A stretch of 59,417 bases of DNA, filler included, from Squatina squatina (Eukaryota): assembly GCA_031763465.1 (NCBI GenBank). It is 3 parts of 3 records of this genome, joined end to end, with 100 filler letters (N's around TTAATTAATTAA, not from the genome) between each part and the next. Parts side by side here need not be neighbours in the genome. Positions count along the whole stretch, not along the records: positions 18,342 to 46,138 come from JARFOE010000013.1; 2 more parts are not named here. One strand, 5' to 3'. This document shows positions 22,199-35,797 of this stretch, piece after piece. Both the position numbers and the translations under genes were made by a program. Position 1 is the stretch's first letter, and every line of letters starts with the position of its first letter. The notes under the pieces were generated by a model. That model was not told the DNA's origin. It worked only from the letters and a program-made list of their open reading frames with translations, and did no database searches.

Positions 22199-25100
22199 NN
22201 NNNNNNNNNNNNNNNNNNNNNNNNNNNNNNNNNNNNNNNNNNNNNNNNNNNNNNNNNNNNNNNNNNNNNNNNNNNNNNNNNNNNNNNNNNNNNNNNNNAT
22301 TCCAAAGGTATCTGCAAAATACATGGGGAAGAAATGGTAATAGAAATAAATTGAGAGGGATAGGTTATGGTGATGTTCAAGTACTTCAACAGACATAGGA
22401 GTCTAGACTATTCTTTTGAAGAAGGGAGGTGAGGCTTGTCTCTGATAGCAGATTAGAGCATTATGGTTAGAAATAATCTTGCTTCATTATAAATGATCAT
22501 GTCACTCCAGACCAGGCCTGAACAATGTTTACCTGCATGAGAGGACATAATCAAACAGTGACTGAGATCACCTGGCAGTACATGCTAACAACATGAACCT
22601 CAAGCAATAAATTGTAATTCACTGATAGCTGATACTCTGCTCTCTAAAGTTCAAAGGATTCTGCCGAATTAGATTTTCTCTTGCAAGCTCAAAAGAGAAG
22701 CTAAAAATTGAATGTCCTGTATGAATGTATACCTTAATGGAAGCTTTTAAATTAAATTTTAATTCATAATATTCAGAGAATGATGATTTGCAACTTTACC
22801 CCAGTGAGCAGTCAGTGAAACCAACAGAAAACTGGGCTAAATCAGTGGCTCTGTGGAAGCATTCCATCGCATAGGAAGCGAGTGATTGTATTTCAAGGAT
22901 AATTGTATGGTGAGGGTTAGTGCAAGAGAAGTATCTTTATTGTTTCATATTTCAAGAATAATAAAGTTTATAATTAGTGTAAATGCACTGTTTGGATTGA
23001 AAACAGTTCAATTGCACGTTTAATATATCACAAAAGCAAATACTGCGGATGCTGNNNNNNNNNNNNNNNNNNNNNNNNNNNNNNNNNNNNNNNNNNNNNN
23101 NNNNNNNNNNNNNNNNNNNNNNNNNNNNNNNNNNNNNNNNNNNNNNNNNNNNNNCATTTTCTCATTTTTATTTCAGATTTCCAGCTTTTGCTTTATAATT
23201 TATTTTCACCATTGCTTTTGCATTTTTTTTTCAACCTTGGTGTAGCTTGATATTCAACATATATAACAAATGGGCATTTAAAACTGATGCTTAAAAAGAG
23301 TTCTTTATTCAATGTTTGGCTTATACATGTTACCATTCAGGATAAGTATGGCCCTGTAGAATTCTATCCTCCTGAGAAACTTTTTCTGTCCAAGAAAACG
23401 TCTCTTCTGATATTTCCTGCTGGATATGTCAATATATTTAATCACTAGAACCAAGCCATCTACCTCAATAGATAAAACGTAAAATACAACATACACACCT
23501 AATGTATCTTCATCGATGTGGGCAGTCTCGAATCATGTTGCATGTCCTTATTTGGCTTTGTGCTTATTCTGTATGTGGGTCATTAAGTGCACCAACGTAA
23601 GTAACAGGTACATTGTACCTGCAAGCGGGTGGTCGTGATTATACACCTATGTTATACCAGAGAAAATACTGCAATTTCCTCTTGCCTACCAATGCCCTTC
23701 AAAAAACAAAACAAATGCATTTAACCGGAGGCTGTTGCCCATCTCAGTCTCTCATGTCTCGTTTCTAATGTTTACTGGTTTCCATTGACTCATTATTAAT
23801 CTGCCAAAAAATTACGCGCATGGGTTACATGTTTAGTCAGATTGTCACACCGTAGCTGAATTTCTTTGAACGCCCTCTTGCCACCGCACACGGGCGAAAA
23901 ACATCATGCCACTAATTCAGTTACTTCAGTTCAGGTATATTCCTGCCAGTTTGATGCATTTATTCATTTCAATGGGAATTTATTTATCTCAGTGGGAGTT
24001 TTCAAGCAAGCTTATAAATTATAAATCATCAACGGCAGACACATTCTGCAGTACAGCAAATTAATCGCAACAATGAGAACACCAAAGTGCCTTCTTCTAT
24101 TTCTAAACCAGTTAGAGTGTAAAGGTCGAAGAATGTTGACATTGAAATTAGGCCCTGGTACTCATTATCTCTGTTTAACAGGAACTGAATCTCTGCAGTA
24201 TTGTGTTCTGAACTTGAAGATGCCTAGTCGCTGAAGTCAAATTTTCCCAACTTGTGTAAAATCCCAAGGAAATGTCTTGCTGTTTGATAAAAGCACTAAT
24301 TGTAATCTGAGTAGGCCTGGAACATGAAAAGTGATTGCTCCGAGAGGATATTTTTGGCAAGGGAGTTGTGGCTGGTTTACAAATAGCATTCTGATAATGA
24401 GTTTGACTTTTACTGTACTCGATGTGATAAAAATTTAAATGAGGTGCAATCATTTGCTCAGAAGCTCGCAGGGTTTGCACTGCACTGGTAATTTAAGTTA
24501 ACTCAGCTCTCTTAAACTGTGGAATTGGCCATAAAAATTCTTTTTTTCAGGCGGGGTCCAAATCGGGCTTTAAATTAGTATAAATGGGTGCAGGTGCAAT
24601 GCTAAGTGGGCGAGATAGATTCCACGGGATCAATTCTCTGAACTAGCTCATGAGGCTCAAGCACTTACCAGCCCACCTAAGTCCTTAAAGGCACTGTTCA
24701 AACTCAGTGAACCCACTGTTCAGGTCAGTCGTTCACTGAGGTTGTCAGAGAGGAGGTACTTGTGGAGACCTTGGAAGGTTGCCAAGGCGTTCATGCTGTA
24801 GCCATGNNNNNNNNNNNNNNNNNNNNNNNNNNNNNNNNNNNNNNNNNNNNNNNNNNNNNNNNNNNNNNNNNNNNNNNNNNNNNNNNNNNNNNNNNNNNNN
24901 NNNNNNCGACTGTCTATTTCCTTTAGTCCAGAGGTGGCGATGTATTGGTTTTCCCTCATGTTGTAGTAATGGTTATGCATTCATATTCTTTAGCAGTCTA
25001 GTGTGTGTATGTCTGTGTCCCTTGTTGGTCTAGAATATGCATGTGCATAATCATGGTCTGTATCACTGGGATTACAAATTCCCAACCTTTAGGGTTTCTG

Positions 25101-25869
25101 AAGCTCAAGGGGAAACCACCTGAATATGCTACTCGAACAAGAATAAAATGTATTGCACCGCAGTAATAGAACAATTAGTGTAGGGCGATAGTCTGAGCGT
25201 TTGCAATTTATTTTCTTAAACGGATTCAATTTCAGCTAATCAACTAACAGCACTGACAATTGAAACATTTTTTTCTTTTGCTGCCATTACAAACATCAGG
25301 CCCTCTTACACTTTGTTCATCAGACTTATTTGAGATAATTAATTCAGTCTTTAGTATTACATATTGCATTTATTGTAAGTAATCCCAACGTCGATAAAAA
25401 TTTCCAATCAAGTTTGTAGCCAGTCACGCTCAACACTGTAGTGCTGTCTATAAGTAAGTGGATTTGTTTGTTGTATCCAGACAGCATCATTTTGTTCTTT
25501 TAGCATCTGTCAGATGGCTGCTGAAAGCTGCTGAGACCTTGCTGATTCCTCAGTGCCCCCAGAGAATACATGATGATGCAGGTACCCATCCTGCGTTAAT
25601 ACATCAACCTGTCGTTCCCCTTGCCTCAAGAGGCAGCGCTCCAATATCAGCAGCTGTTTAGCTATCCTTCGTTTTCCCATCACATACAAGTTTAAGTAGA
25701 TCACCTGCCACCTGAAAAACCCAATTTCCCTGCTGCATATGCTGACCCCACCTTCTGCCCTCAATCACNNNNNNNNNNNNNNNNNNNNNNNNNNNNNNNN
25801 NNNNNNNNNNNNNNNNNNNNNNNNNNNNNNNNNNNNNNNNNNNNNNNNNNNNNNNNNNNNNNNNNNNNT

Positions 25870-26697
25870 GTACGCTCATTCTGCGCTGATTTCGCACCCT
25901 CAGTGTCCTCCCTTATGCAGCAATGTACTGCAAACTGTGAGGTGTTGCTTATATCTCCAGCAGCAGCCTGGAAGAAGCCAGATGCATAAAAGTTAAGAGC
26001 CACGGTCACCTTGGCAGCCAGGGCAATGCAATCCTTGCCCTGATTGGAGGTTACAATTGTGGCTGCAGCAGTTCGCAGATTCCACTCACAACTTCTTTCG
26101 TGAAGCAAACCATTGGTACTCGCTGAAGTTAAGAGAATTGTTCCCTAAAGACCCTCTGTTGGTGTGGTCTCCTGTTGAGAGACCTTTTCCCCCTCCCACC
26201 ATCGTCCTCCCTCTTCCAGCAGCTTGTCTTGTTCTGTGTGGCCTCTCTTCATTCGCCCAGCCATGCTCACTTCCAAGAGGAAGCCCTACCAGGACACCCA
26301 TGTCTGGAAGCAACTTGTTCCAGCACAGGCTTTTACACGAACAACAAAGAACTTCAGTACCAGCCAGACCACTCCCTGTAAACTATTTAAAATTAGCCAA
26401 ATATTGGGGAGCTCCAAAAACTTGTACAATTACACCAGCAGCCAGAAGAAATAATGCATCAAATAACCTGTAAGCAGCCTTGAAGTAGCGCTGGTGGTTT
26501 AACATTGTGTTCAACTGTGTGAGGTTACGACAGGGCACAGGCTGGAGCGCTGGTGTCCAATCAGCATTGCACACTGATTGACTTCGGAATCTGCCTACCC
26601 TGCACGCTGGTGGTGGTGGTTAGGTGTGCATATACCTTTACCAAGATGCTGTCCGGCCCACATCCTGTCAGAAGTGTGCGCAAGCATCACGAATGCC
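25870..26697 (-). mobile_element. Decayed PIF/Harbinger DNA transposon (transposase N-terminal part plus upstream sequence)
   Basis: Encodes KVTVALNFYASGFFQAAAGDISNTSQFAVHCCIRE, resembling the HARBI1/Harbinger HTH segment (ALxFYxSGSFQ...GD...ISQ). Frameshifted upstream and bounded by gaps. Confidence 0.8.
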
Positions 26698-28589
26698 ANN
26701 NNNNNNNNNNNNNNNNNNNNNNNNNNNNNNNNNNNNNNNNNNNNNNNNNNNNNNNNNNNNNNNNNNNNNNNNNNNNNNNNNNNNNNNNNNNNNNNNNNTC
26801 CATGAGCTGTGGAATTTCTCCAGTGCCTGGTCTGGGTGTCTCTTTCTTCATGTAAAAGTGTAGATCTTGAGTGTTATTTATATATTCAATCATAGGGGAC
26901 AAGACTGAAGCTGAGTCCATCTGATGTTCACCCATGCACTTGGGGATGGGAACCCTGACTAATTTTTCTCCCCTCTAGCCAGAAGACATCAAAAGTTAAA
27001 ATTACTTTGTCATAATAACCATCACATTTTTAAAATATTGCTATGTTTCTATGGGTGAGATGAAGTAAGGTGGGAGGAGGCTCAAGTGAAGCATAATACT
27101 GGCATGTGTTGGGCTGAATGGTCTGTTTCTGTGCTGTAAATACTGTGTAATGTAATACTACATAATCTTCACTTGGTGATTTATGGAATTTATTTTGTAA
27201 ATAAAATCTTTGTTGATACTTTAAATAGAGACAGTAGCATAAGGATATACACAATAGCTTTGAAATNNNNNNNNNNTAATTTAGTGTCAAGATAATAAAA
27301 CCACTGGTGCCAGAAATTTGTAGCGTAGAGTGCTCTCCTTATCTAATTCAATTCCTTGATGTTTTTATCTGTTTACTTTCACTCTGTAAATTAATCTTTC
27401 CAAATCCAAGCTTAGCAGTAGTTCAGAACCCTGCCTGCAAAATGTTGTGAGAGCTGTTGACCTCGAAATGAACACAATGCACTTGTGAGCTTCCAGTGGC
27501 CATAGAGTGATNNNNNNNNNNNNNNNNNNNNNNNNNNNNNNNNNNNNNNNNNNNNNNNNNNNNNNNNNNNNNNNNNNNNNNNNNNNNNNNNNNNNNNNNN
27601 NNNNNNNNNNNTTTGTATGGTAGTTGTAATGTTTCATTTATTTCACTAAAAAAGTTAATCTCCAAATAAATATTTTACACACCACACCAACCCATGAAAT
27701 GGATAGACTATCATGTTGATTTCTGTTTGATTTCATTCCACCAATTAAAGCAAAAATATGATATGAGCCCAACAAAATCTGTGTGAAGTATAAAGGAAAA
27801 GCCAAGATTAGAACTGGTTTGAGCATACTCTTTGAAGAGAACAGAATTCCTGCTTCAGAGTTACTAGCTGAGAGGCAGCTGGTAGAGTCATGGATTTAGA
27901 CTTTCATCTGATTGATCAAAAGCACTTTTGCTGAGGGGAAAGCAGCTCTATTGTCTTCAGTTGAAGCTGGTGTTATCTGAGACCACCTCACATTTTTAAT
28001 TTGAGTCTCCAGTGTTTGCCTGCATTCCCTTCATCTCCCCTATCTGTACAATGCAGACTGACTACAGGTTTGACATAGAAGATTGAGGGACTCTGAGGAG
28101 GCATCTTCAGAGTCTTCATTATCAACCTAAAAACAATTAGAATAATGAAAAGAAGCAAATTTCAAATTCATTAATATTTACATCATGACATCAATATTCT
28201 TTAAAAATGCTAGCTGCTAAAAAAAATCCCCACAGAGAACACAATATTGCTAAGCTTGAAGAATCTTTCATTGATCAAATCTAAAAAGTCAAAAGAGTTT
28301 GAAGCAATGTTTTAAATATTAACCACTAGCTATTTAAGTTATTTACCAAACAGCTCATTAGGGGTCTTTTATGAAACCATAGTATTTCACGCACAGTGAG
28401 CCTGATAAAATTTCATGTTGTACATTGTGCTGACTGGTTCAATATCCTTCTTCCATCCTCTTTTTGTTCAAAGCACTCTGTGTAACTACAGTAAAAAAAA
28501 AATTCCCTTCCAACAAAGCTACAGCCAATGACTCACTCCAATCTTCTCTTGTATAATGCCATTCAAGCACATACAGCCTGATCAATGCA

Positions 28590-29042
28590 TAGCTGAAATT
28601 CCCCTATTTTCTCAGATTTGTGCCTCGCCTGGGGAATTCCACGGCGGGCCGGCACGCCCCGTCATAAAAGGGCGTATCGACCCCTTACCACCCTGCTGTG
28701 ACCTCACGTTACCCCATTGCGTCCTGCGGGTGAAATTCTCCTGCGGGATGCAACGGCCGCCCTTGTTGGTAGCAACAACAGCTTCAGCTGCTGTTGCAAG
28801 GGCCCATAAAGCGGAGGGCTGGAGCACCGACGGCCACCATGTATTATTGCTGGCCGACTCTGTGGCCGGCCGACCAATGGTGGACCGCACCCCGATCGGG
28901 CAACCATCTGTTTGCCCGGCACGCCGACTGGCGCCCCTCAGTTGGCCGGCGGCCCTCCCCTTTAAGGGAGGGGGTGGGGCCGCGCTGACGTCAAGAGAGC
29001 AGCGCTGATTATGTCAGCGCAGTGCTCCCGATGTAAAGGCCC
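28590..29042. mobile_element. GC-rich non-autonomous DNA transposon fragment
   Basis: Abrupt CpG-rich segment starting GCTGAAATTCCCC. It shares the CCCTTTAAGGGAG motif with 11529-12267. The other end is lost in a gap. Confidence 0.55.
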
Positions 29043-32000
29043 NNNNNNNNNNNNNNNNNNNNNNNNNNNNNNNNNNNNNNNNNNNNNNNNNNNNNNNNNN
29101 NNNNNNNNNNNNNNNNNNNNNNNNNNNNNNNNNNNNNNNNNNCGTACATGTGTTAGGGGACGGGAGTGGGGGGAGGGGGAGGAGGAGGCATGACTCAAGA
29201 GCCAAGGATTACACTTTCACCAAATATCACTATTTCTAAGCAAATTTGCTACAGACAGTTCAATAGTCCAGTGCGTTGAAACTCCCTTTCCACAATGACT
29301 TTGGAAGAGATTTGCACAGTACCGTCTACAGCCACCAGATGTCTCCATTATACATCTGTTGTAAATGTTCAAAAATACTACACAGTGGCCCGAAATTTGT
29401 GGTCTTGATAGCAAACTGGCAGTGTTGGCTATCATTTTAATTTTATTTCAAAGTTTGTTCATCTTTATTTTAGGTTTGCCTTTTCCCCATGCAAGAGCCT
29501 CAATCTTTGTTTTGCTCCCTCTAACTTTTTTTTTAAAGTTAGAATTTTAAGAGCTTGCTCACTTGCCAGGTTAGCTGCCTGTAAGAATTCTGCATTTTGA
29601 CTGGCTGCTTAGACAGCTTGTTGATCTCACAACAGTTTGCAGTAGGGGATCCTCACTACAGTCTATTGAATTGAAGGTCGGAAAACCCAAAGTTCTCGAC
29701 ACAGGGATCGCGAGATCCTTGTATGAAGCGCACTTCAGGGCCAGCAGCTTCGCCACTGACTGCAAAATCCGGGTCAATGTATTAAATACGAAGAAACTTG
29801 CAACTTTTAAGGGAAGCATAGATAAACATGTCAAGTAGAGGAAAATACATGGATATAGGTAGACAGCGGTGGGACATATTTTGAACTCCTCCGGCAACTG
29901 GGGCTCAATATTTGATGGGTTGAATGATTTCCTTTGTGGTCTAATCTTCCTCTCAGCTACCTCCATGTCTGTATTTCCCCTCATGGGGCTTCTGGAAATC
30001 AGGCTGAGAAATCTTCCCACTATCCAACTTGGCACCAATATTGACATTCACCCCATCAGTCCATCTTGGATTCAAACTGAATGAAAAGTATATAAAAGCA
30101 GGTGACATAGATCCTAGCATTGATTTAATTCAGCATGTTAACTATGCTCATGCCTGGCTGATTTCAAAGATTAGGCCTAACAAGGATGACCTATCAGCTG
30201 TAATGCGGACATATGATTTCATGAGTTGTAATGAGTGTGAATAGCTGAATTTGGAGTCAAGACCAGATACATTTGAAGTCTTAGCACCCCTTTTAGATTT
30301 GAGCATAGATGTGACAAAGCCTCAGGAATGTTTTTTTTGCTTGCTGGGCCAATGGAACAATGTCCTTACAAGTAAAGGGGAGGGGCTGTTACCTTTTCAT
30401 TTCTTCAGTAGCCCTAAACATATTTTCATAAAGTCAAGTCATTTTGCCCCTTACTATCTTTATGTGCATATGCATCATAGTAGATCTACAATGAATTATT
30501 TTTCCATAAAAATGAATTATTAAATTTGAACTTTCAACCAACCTTTGTTGATTGCATCTGGTTGCTTTATATTTCATTTGGATATGTTCATGATCCAAAG
30601 AGCTGTCTGTGGGGTGTTCAGTCTTCAAAGATTCATTTTATTTTAATTTAGGTCTTTATCGATATTTGAAGAAAGATTTATGTGAATTCTTTCCAGGACT
30701 AATTTAAATATTTGCTTTCATCGTTAATTATGGCTACTCGTGCATTCATTCATACCATTTTGCAGAGGAGGAAAAAAACAGTCATTAATTTCTCCAGCCC
30801 CGAATATCACCAGTAGCATATGCTGCCAAGCACCATGGAATAAATTGACTTAGCTTCCATTCAACAGCAATACCATATCATGATTTATAATGGCAGTGAA
30901 TGACAAGGTTTGTTTGTCTTTATTTCAATTCTAGCAAATGTCAAGTGGAGTAGTGGCGGGAGGGTTTTTTTCTGAGGCACCTGTCAGGTTTCTGCCAGGG
31001 CACATGATAACAGCAGTGCCTTCTCACACGGCAAGGGACTGTCAGCAGGGCTGTGTGGAGCAGTCACGAATCAGTGCATGTCCATGGAAGCATGAACTGT
31101 TTACAAAGGCAGAAGTCTGATGTGACAGCAGGTGGGGATGTGGATACAAACTGGGCATAAATTACCAGAAACAGGCTGAAAATCCATGCGCCAAGGAGAG
31201 ATTGAAGCCAAATTTTTCATAATACATTAATGCTTTTAATTCAACTGGAGACCAATTATAATTGTAAGAATTACCTTTGTGTAATTAAAATTCTAATGAT
31301 TTTTTTAAGTATTTACTGTCTTATACTGAAAAATTGACTTTGAGATTAGGTGAGCAGTTTACAAGATATAAGACTTATTACCCCGAAATCTCCCTACCTT
31401 CTCCCAACAGAGGCAACTTTCTACACATAACACCTTCTGCCAATAGGAAAAGAAAGTCTGAGTNNNNNNNNNNNNNNNNNNNNNNNNNNNNNNNNNNNNN
31501 NNNNNNNNNNNNNNNNNNNNNNNNNNNNNNNNNNNNNNNNNNNNNNNNNNNNNNNNNNNNNNNATCCTTTTCAAAGTTCAGATAAACTGCAGAGGGAACT
31601 TAATAGTTTCTTATAGCCTATGTTTATAAGCAGATGTTGCAAAAAAAACCAGACCATTACTTAAGTGATGTCAAGGAGAAGGATTACATCCAATCACCGA
31701 GTGCTTCACCTGAGCATTCAGCATCCTCGTTCCCAAGATAACTCGCACCACATTTCTGAAATGTTTACACACTGACTTTACAAGACCACAGAGCAGCCAT
31801 GGCAAGGTTCCCATCTGTTGGGGTAATCAAGGTTAACAGACAGACATTAAGTAAACATTTTGCTACTAATTATAAACATATTAATGCTATTTTCAGCCGC
31901 TTATCTCATTAGCAGTGACAATGCAAATGAATTCAAGCTAATTGACAGGCTGAAGGTATTTTCTTAAAGTTAATGGCCAGGGTTTTGTGTCAAGGAAAGC

Positions 32001-32525
32001 AGTGAGGCTATCAGCACTCACCGTTACTGTGGAATAAATTGGACAGCAACCTATGGCAACCGTACAAGTGCAGTTAAATGCGGAAATCTGGAAGTTTCCG
32101 TCTGAGTTGCTTTGCTTTTCTTGAAGCTTCACTATACCTTGCCGATAGATTCAGCATTAGATTACATGAAGGGTGTGAGGTTGCAGTACCTACCCACTGA
32201 TTATCCACTAAACACACTAGATAAACTTAGGTTTGGTGCATTTCGGTGTAAGTGAATCTTTAACGGCATAATAAGGCTTAATCACTACCAACCACCTCTC
32301 TGGCTCTGCAAATTTAATTTTACAAGTGTGGAGTCTCATTCCTTCAGTACTTAATTATTGTTGGAGATTTTTTTTTAAATTACAATTTTTTTTTTACCTT
32401 TTATTTGTGTCTCTCTTATTTCTCTNNNNNNNNNNNNNNNNNNNNNNNNNNNNNNNNNNNNNNNNNNNNNNNNNNNNNNNNNNNNNNNNNNNNNNNNNNN
32501 NNNNNNNNNNNNNNNNNNNNNNNNN

Positions 32526-33000
32526 GAGGGGTATCAGTGGGAGAGCTTTTTAGTGGTAGTGATCATAATTCAGCTAGATTTAGAGTAGTAATGGAAAAGG
32601 AGAAGGATAGACCAGGAATAAAAGTTCTCAGTTGGGGAAAAACGAATTTTTCTAAGCTGAGATGTGATTTGGCCAAAGTGGACTGGAGACAGAAACCTGA
32701 GCGTAAATCAGTGTCAGAGCAGTGGGAGGCATTCAAGGAGGAGATGGTGTGCATTCAGAGCAAGTATGTTGCCTTAAAGAAAAAGGGCAGGACTAAAAAA
32801 TTAGGGCCCCTGGATGTCAAGGGGCTTACAGGGTAGTATAAAGAAAAAAAGCGAAGCTTATGACAAATGCCGAGGGCTCAATAATACAGAAACTCTAAAG
32901 GAGTATAGAAAGTGCAGGGGTGAAATTAAAAAGGAAATTCGAAAAGCAAATAGAGGGCATGAAAAAATATTAACAAGCAAAATCAAGGAAAACCCAAAGA
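32526..33000 (+). mobile_element. CR1 LINE ORF2 fragment (end of the endonuclease plus linker)
   Basis: Encodes SDHNSARFRVVMEKEK...DLAKVDW...QWEAFKEEM and EYRKCRGEIKKEIRKANRGHEKILTSKIKENPK. Frameshifted. Confidence 0.85.
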
Positions 33001-33261
33001 TACCCTTGCTTCCTGACTCTGAGCCAATTTTGGATCCAACTTGCCACTTTGCCTTGGATCCCATGGGCTTTTATTCGTGACAATCTGCCATGCAGGACCT
33101 TATCAAAAGCCTTACTAAAATCCATATCAGACTACATCAAATGCTACCCTCATCGACCCTCCTTGTTATCTCCTCAAAAAATTCAATCAAGTTACTCAGA
33201 CACAACCTTCCCTTAACAAATCCATACTGACTGTCCTTGATTAATCCATGTCTTTCTAAAC
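33001..33261 (-). mobile_element. CR1 LINE reverse transcriptase fragment
   Basis: The minus strand gives the degenerate RT motifs CLSNLIEFFEE...MDFSKAFDKV...GIQGKVASWIQNWL. Confidence 0.85.
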
Positions 33262-34479
33262 NNNNNNNNNNNNNNNNNNNNNNNNNNNNNNNNNNNNNNN
33301 NNNNNNNNNNNNNNNNNNNNNNNNNNNNNNNNNNNNNNNNNNNNNNNNNNNNNNNNNNNNNATAACTTCAGGCACAATTCAGTTGCTCTCCTGCCAATCC
33401 CAATTGCTAGTTAAATTTAGTTTTCTTTCAAGCCCAAATGTGGAAAGCTTTTTGCCAGTACCTTTTAGTGTCAGTTCTTTTCCCCTCATAATCCTATATG
33501 GTTCAGGAAACGGAAGTACTTAAAATTGTCAATAAATATTTTAATGCTCCATAAAGAATAATTTTGTTGAACAGTTTCTGTGAAAGAAATGATACTACAT
33601 TATACTGTTTCTTTTTCGAAATGTATCCATTTTTATAGCCCATTAATGGATTATCCTTTATTAAGCAAGAGCCACTTCTTTTTTGTCCACCACTTTCTGC
33701 CTTTCATGAATATTAATAGCAGGCAGAAAACACAGAAACTGTCACCATCCATCTGCTGTTAACTCTGATTGCTAGTATCCATCACTATCTTCGCCCTAAT
33801 TCCCTATTCCCTCCAGCATCAATTAATTCCACAATAACTTTTAAACAGCCAATGGCAATAAAGAGGAAAGAATGATTAAACAATACACTGCATAAATTGG
33901 AGTTCTCTTAATTGCTGTGATAGCAATATCTGACATCTGGCAATATCTTTGGAAGATGCATTTAATTTACAGCATGAGATAACAGATGCCAGGGATTATA
34001 CACACAATCACCCAGGCAAGAAAATGAACTAAAGTACATCTCTATGATTTGTTCTTATGTTTCCATAATTGAAGAGAAATGAACAGCCAAGCAGTTATTT
34101 ATTAATAGTTTTGATCTAATCAGGACTTTTTCTAAATCTTCATTCCTCAGTGTTTAAAATCCCTCTCCATCCCTTTTCTGAATGAGTATTGATTCCATTC
34201 CTTTTTAAAAAACTGTCAATTAGGCCAGAATTAAAGACCTTTTTTGGGCAGTCTGTTCTATCTATCCAGTATCCCGTAGGGGAGGGAATGGGAATTATCA
34301 GAAATCTCTAACCAATGCCTGGGATTTTGTTTCTGCTTATAGCCCCCACGGGCAAATGATCGTCTCAATCCTCGCAGGACTGATGTTTAACAATGAAAAC
34401 CAATATGGGAATTATGGAGTAAACTGGCAATCTCTCGGTTCCAGTTAAAGCACCTTTAAGCAGGTGCTTTTCTTTGTCT

Positions 34480-34660
34480 GTTCTCTCAGGTAGATGTAAA
34501 AGATCTCATGACCACTATTTCGAAGAAGAGCAGGGGATTTCCCCCCAGTCTCCTGGGGCCAATATTTAATCCCGCAATCAACATCACTAAAACAGATTAT
34601 CTGGTCATTATCACATTGCTGTTTGTGGGTGCTTGCTGTGCGCAAATTGGCTGCCGTGTT
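34480..34660 (+). mobile_element. DeuSINE (SacSINE1-like) core fragment
   Basis: GATGTAAAAGATCTCATGACCACTATTTCGAAGAAGAGCAGGGG...ATTGCTGTTTGTGGG...TGTGCGCAAATTGGCTGCC resembles the Deu domain. Related to 51826-52069. Confidence 0.7.
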
Positions 34661-35145
34661 TGTGGCCTGCCACTGGGCAGCCAGGAAGACCGGAAGGGGA
34701 TGGCGGCCCAGTCGGGGCGCGGCCTACCATCAATCAGCTGGCCACAGACAATCCAAGATGGTGGCTGCCGGCGCTCCGGCCCGCCCCTTTAAGGGGTGCA
34801 GGCAGCGACAGCAAAAGCTGCCACCGGAGCAGCGGCCCATGTGTCCCGTGGGGGAATTTTACCGACGGCCACACCAGCGGCGCTCCGATCGGCAGGAAGG
34901 GNNNNNNNNNNCGTGGCGCAGCGCAAAAAGGTCGGCGCACGATTTGATGCGGTCGCGAGCCGATCCACTGTGAAATTTGTCGGGCGAAGCGCGCCTCGAA
35001 GAACCCCCAGGGAGTTTCCTGGGAGGCGAGATGGCTGCCTTTTAAAAAAATTTACTGCCCATCCAATGTCTACAGTGGGTGAATGGAGTTGACACTAAAA
35101 TGGCCCGCTTTATACAGTGGGGACCGTGTCGGGGAGGCAAAATAC
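34661..35145. mobile_element. GC-rich non-autonomous DNA transposon fragment
   Basis: CpG-rich segment with a CCCCTTTAAGGGG motif, sandwiched between SINE and CR1 fragments. It has no credible ORF. Confidence 0.5.
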
Positions 35146-35149
35146 CATC

Positions 35150-35425
35150 AACAGAGACTTGGGATAAAGGGGTCATTTTCAGATTGTCAGGCTGTAACTA
35201 TTGGGGTGCCACAAAGGTCAGTGCTTAGGCTTCAGCTATGGACAATCTATATTAATGACTCAGATGAAGGGACTGAGTGTAATGTGTGCTGGTGATACAA
35301 AGCTTGGTGGGAAAGTAAGTTGTGAGGAGGGCACAAGGAGTCTGCAAACAGGTTAAGTGAGTGGGCAGTTGGAGTATAAGGTGAGGTTATTCAATATGAT
35401 GGGAAGAATAGAAAAATAGAATGTT
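35150..35425 (+). mobile_element. CR1 LINE RT fragment
   Basis: Encodes FSDCQAVTIGVPQRSVLRLQLWTIYINDSDEGTEC, a degenerate GVPQGSVLGP..F.IYINDLD motif. Confidence 0.85.
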
Positions 35426-35429
35426 TTTT

Positions 35430-35797
35430 TATTTGTTCCTGGGATGTGGGCGTCGCCGGCAAGGCCAGCATTTATGGCCCATCCCTAGTTGCCCCTTGAG
35501 AAGGTGGTGATGAGCCGCCTTCTTGGACCGCTGCAGTCCGTGCGGTGAAGGAACTCCCGCAGTGCTGTTAGGGAGGGAGCTCCAGGATTTTGACCCAGCG
35601 ACGATGAAGGAGCAGCCGATATATTTCCAAGTCAGGATGGTGTGTAATTTGGAGGGGAACTTGGAGGTGATGGTGTTCCCATGTGCCTGCTGCCCTTGTC
35701 CTTCTAGGTGGTAGAGGTCATGGGTTTGGGAGGTTCTACCAGAGAAGCCTTGGCGAGTTGCTGCAGTGCATCTTGTAGATGATACTCACTGCAGCCA
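35430..35797 (-). mobile_element. HER1-like LINE 3' end
   Basis: Starts TTTATTTGTTCCTGGGATGTGGGCGTCGCCGGCAAGGCCAGCATTTATGGCCCATCCCT, the reverse complement of the tail at 47400-47468. Confidence 0.7.

Noticed and set aside
28556-29008. GC-rich ORFs and CpG-island-like segments (also 11561-12331 and 34623-35092)
   Set aside because: They have sharp boundaries and motifs shared between copies, which indicates non-autonomous transposons rather than genes or promoters.
29571-30047. 158-aa minus-strand ORF
   Set aside because: No recognisable domain, no ATG at the called start and no clear splice boundaries.
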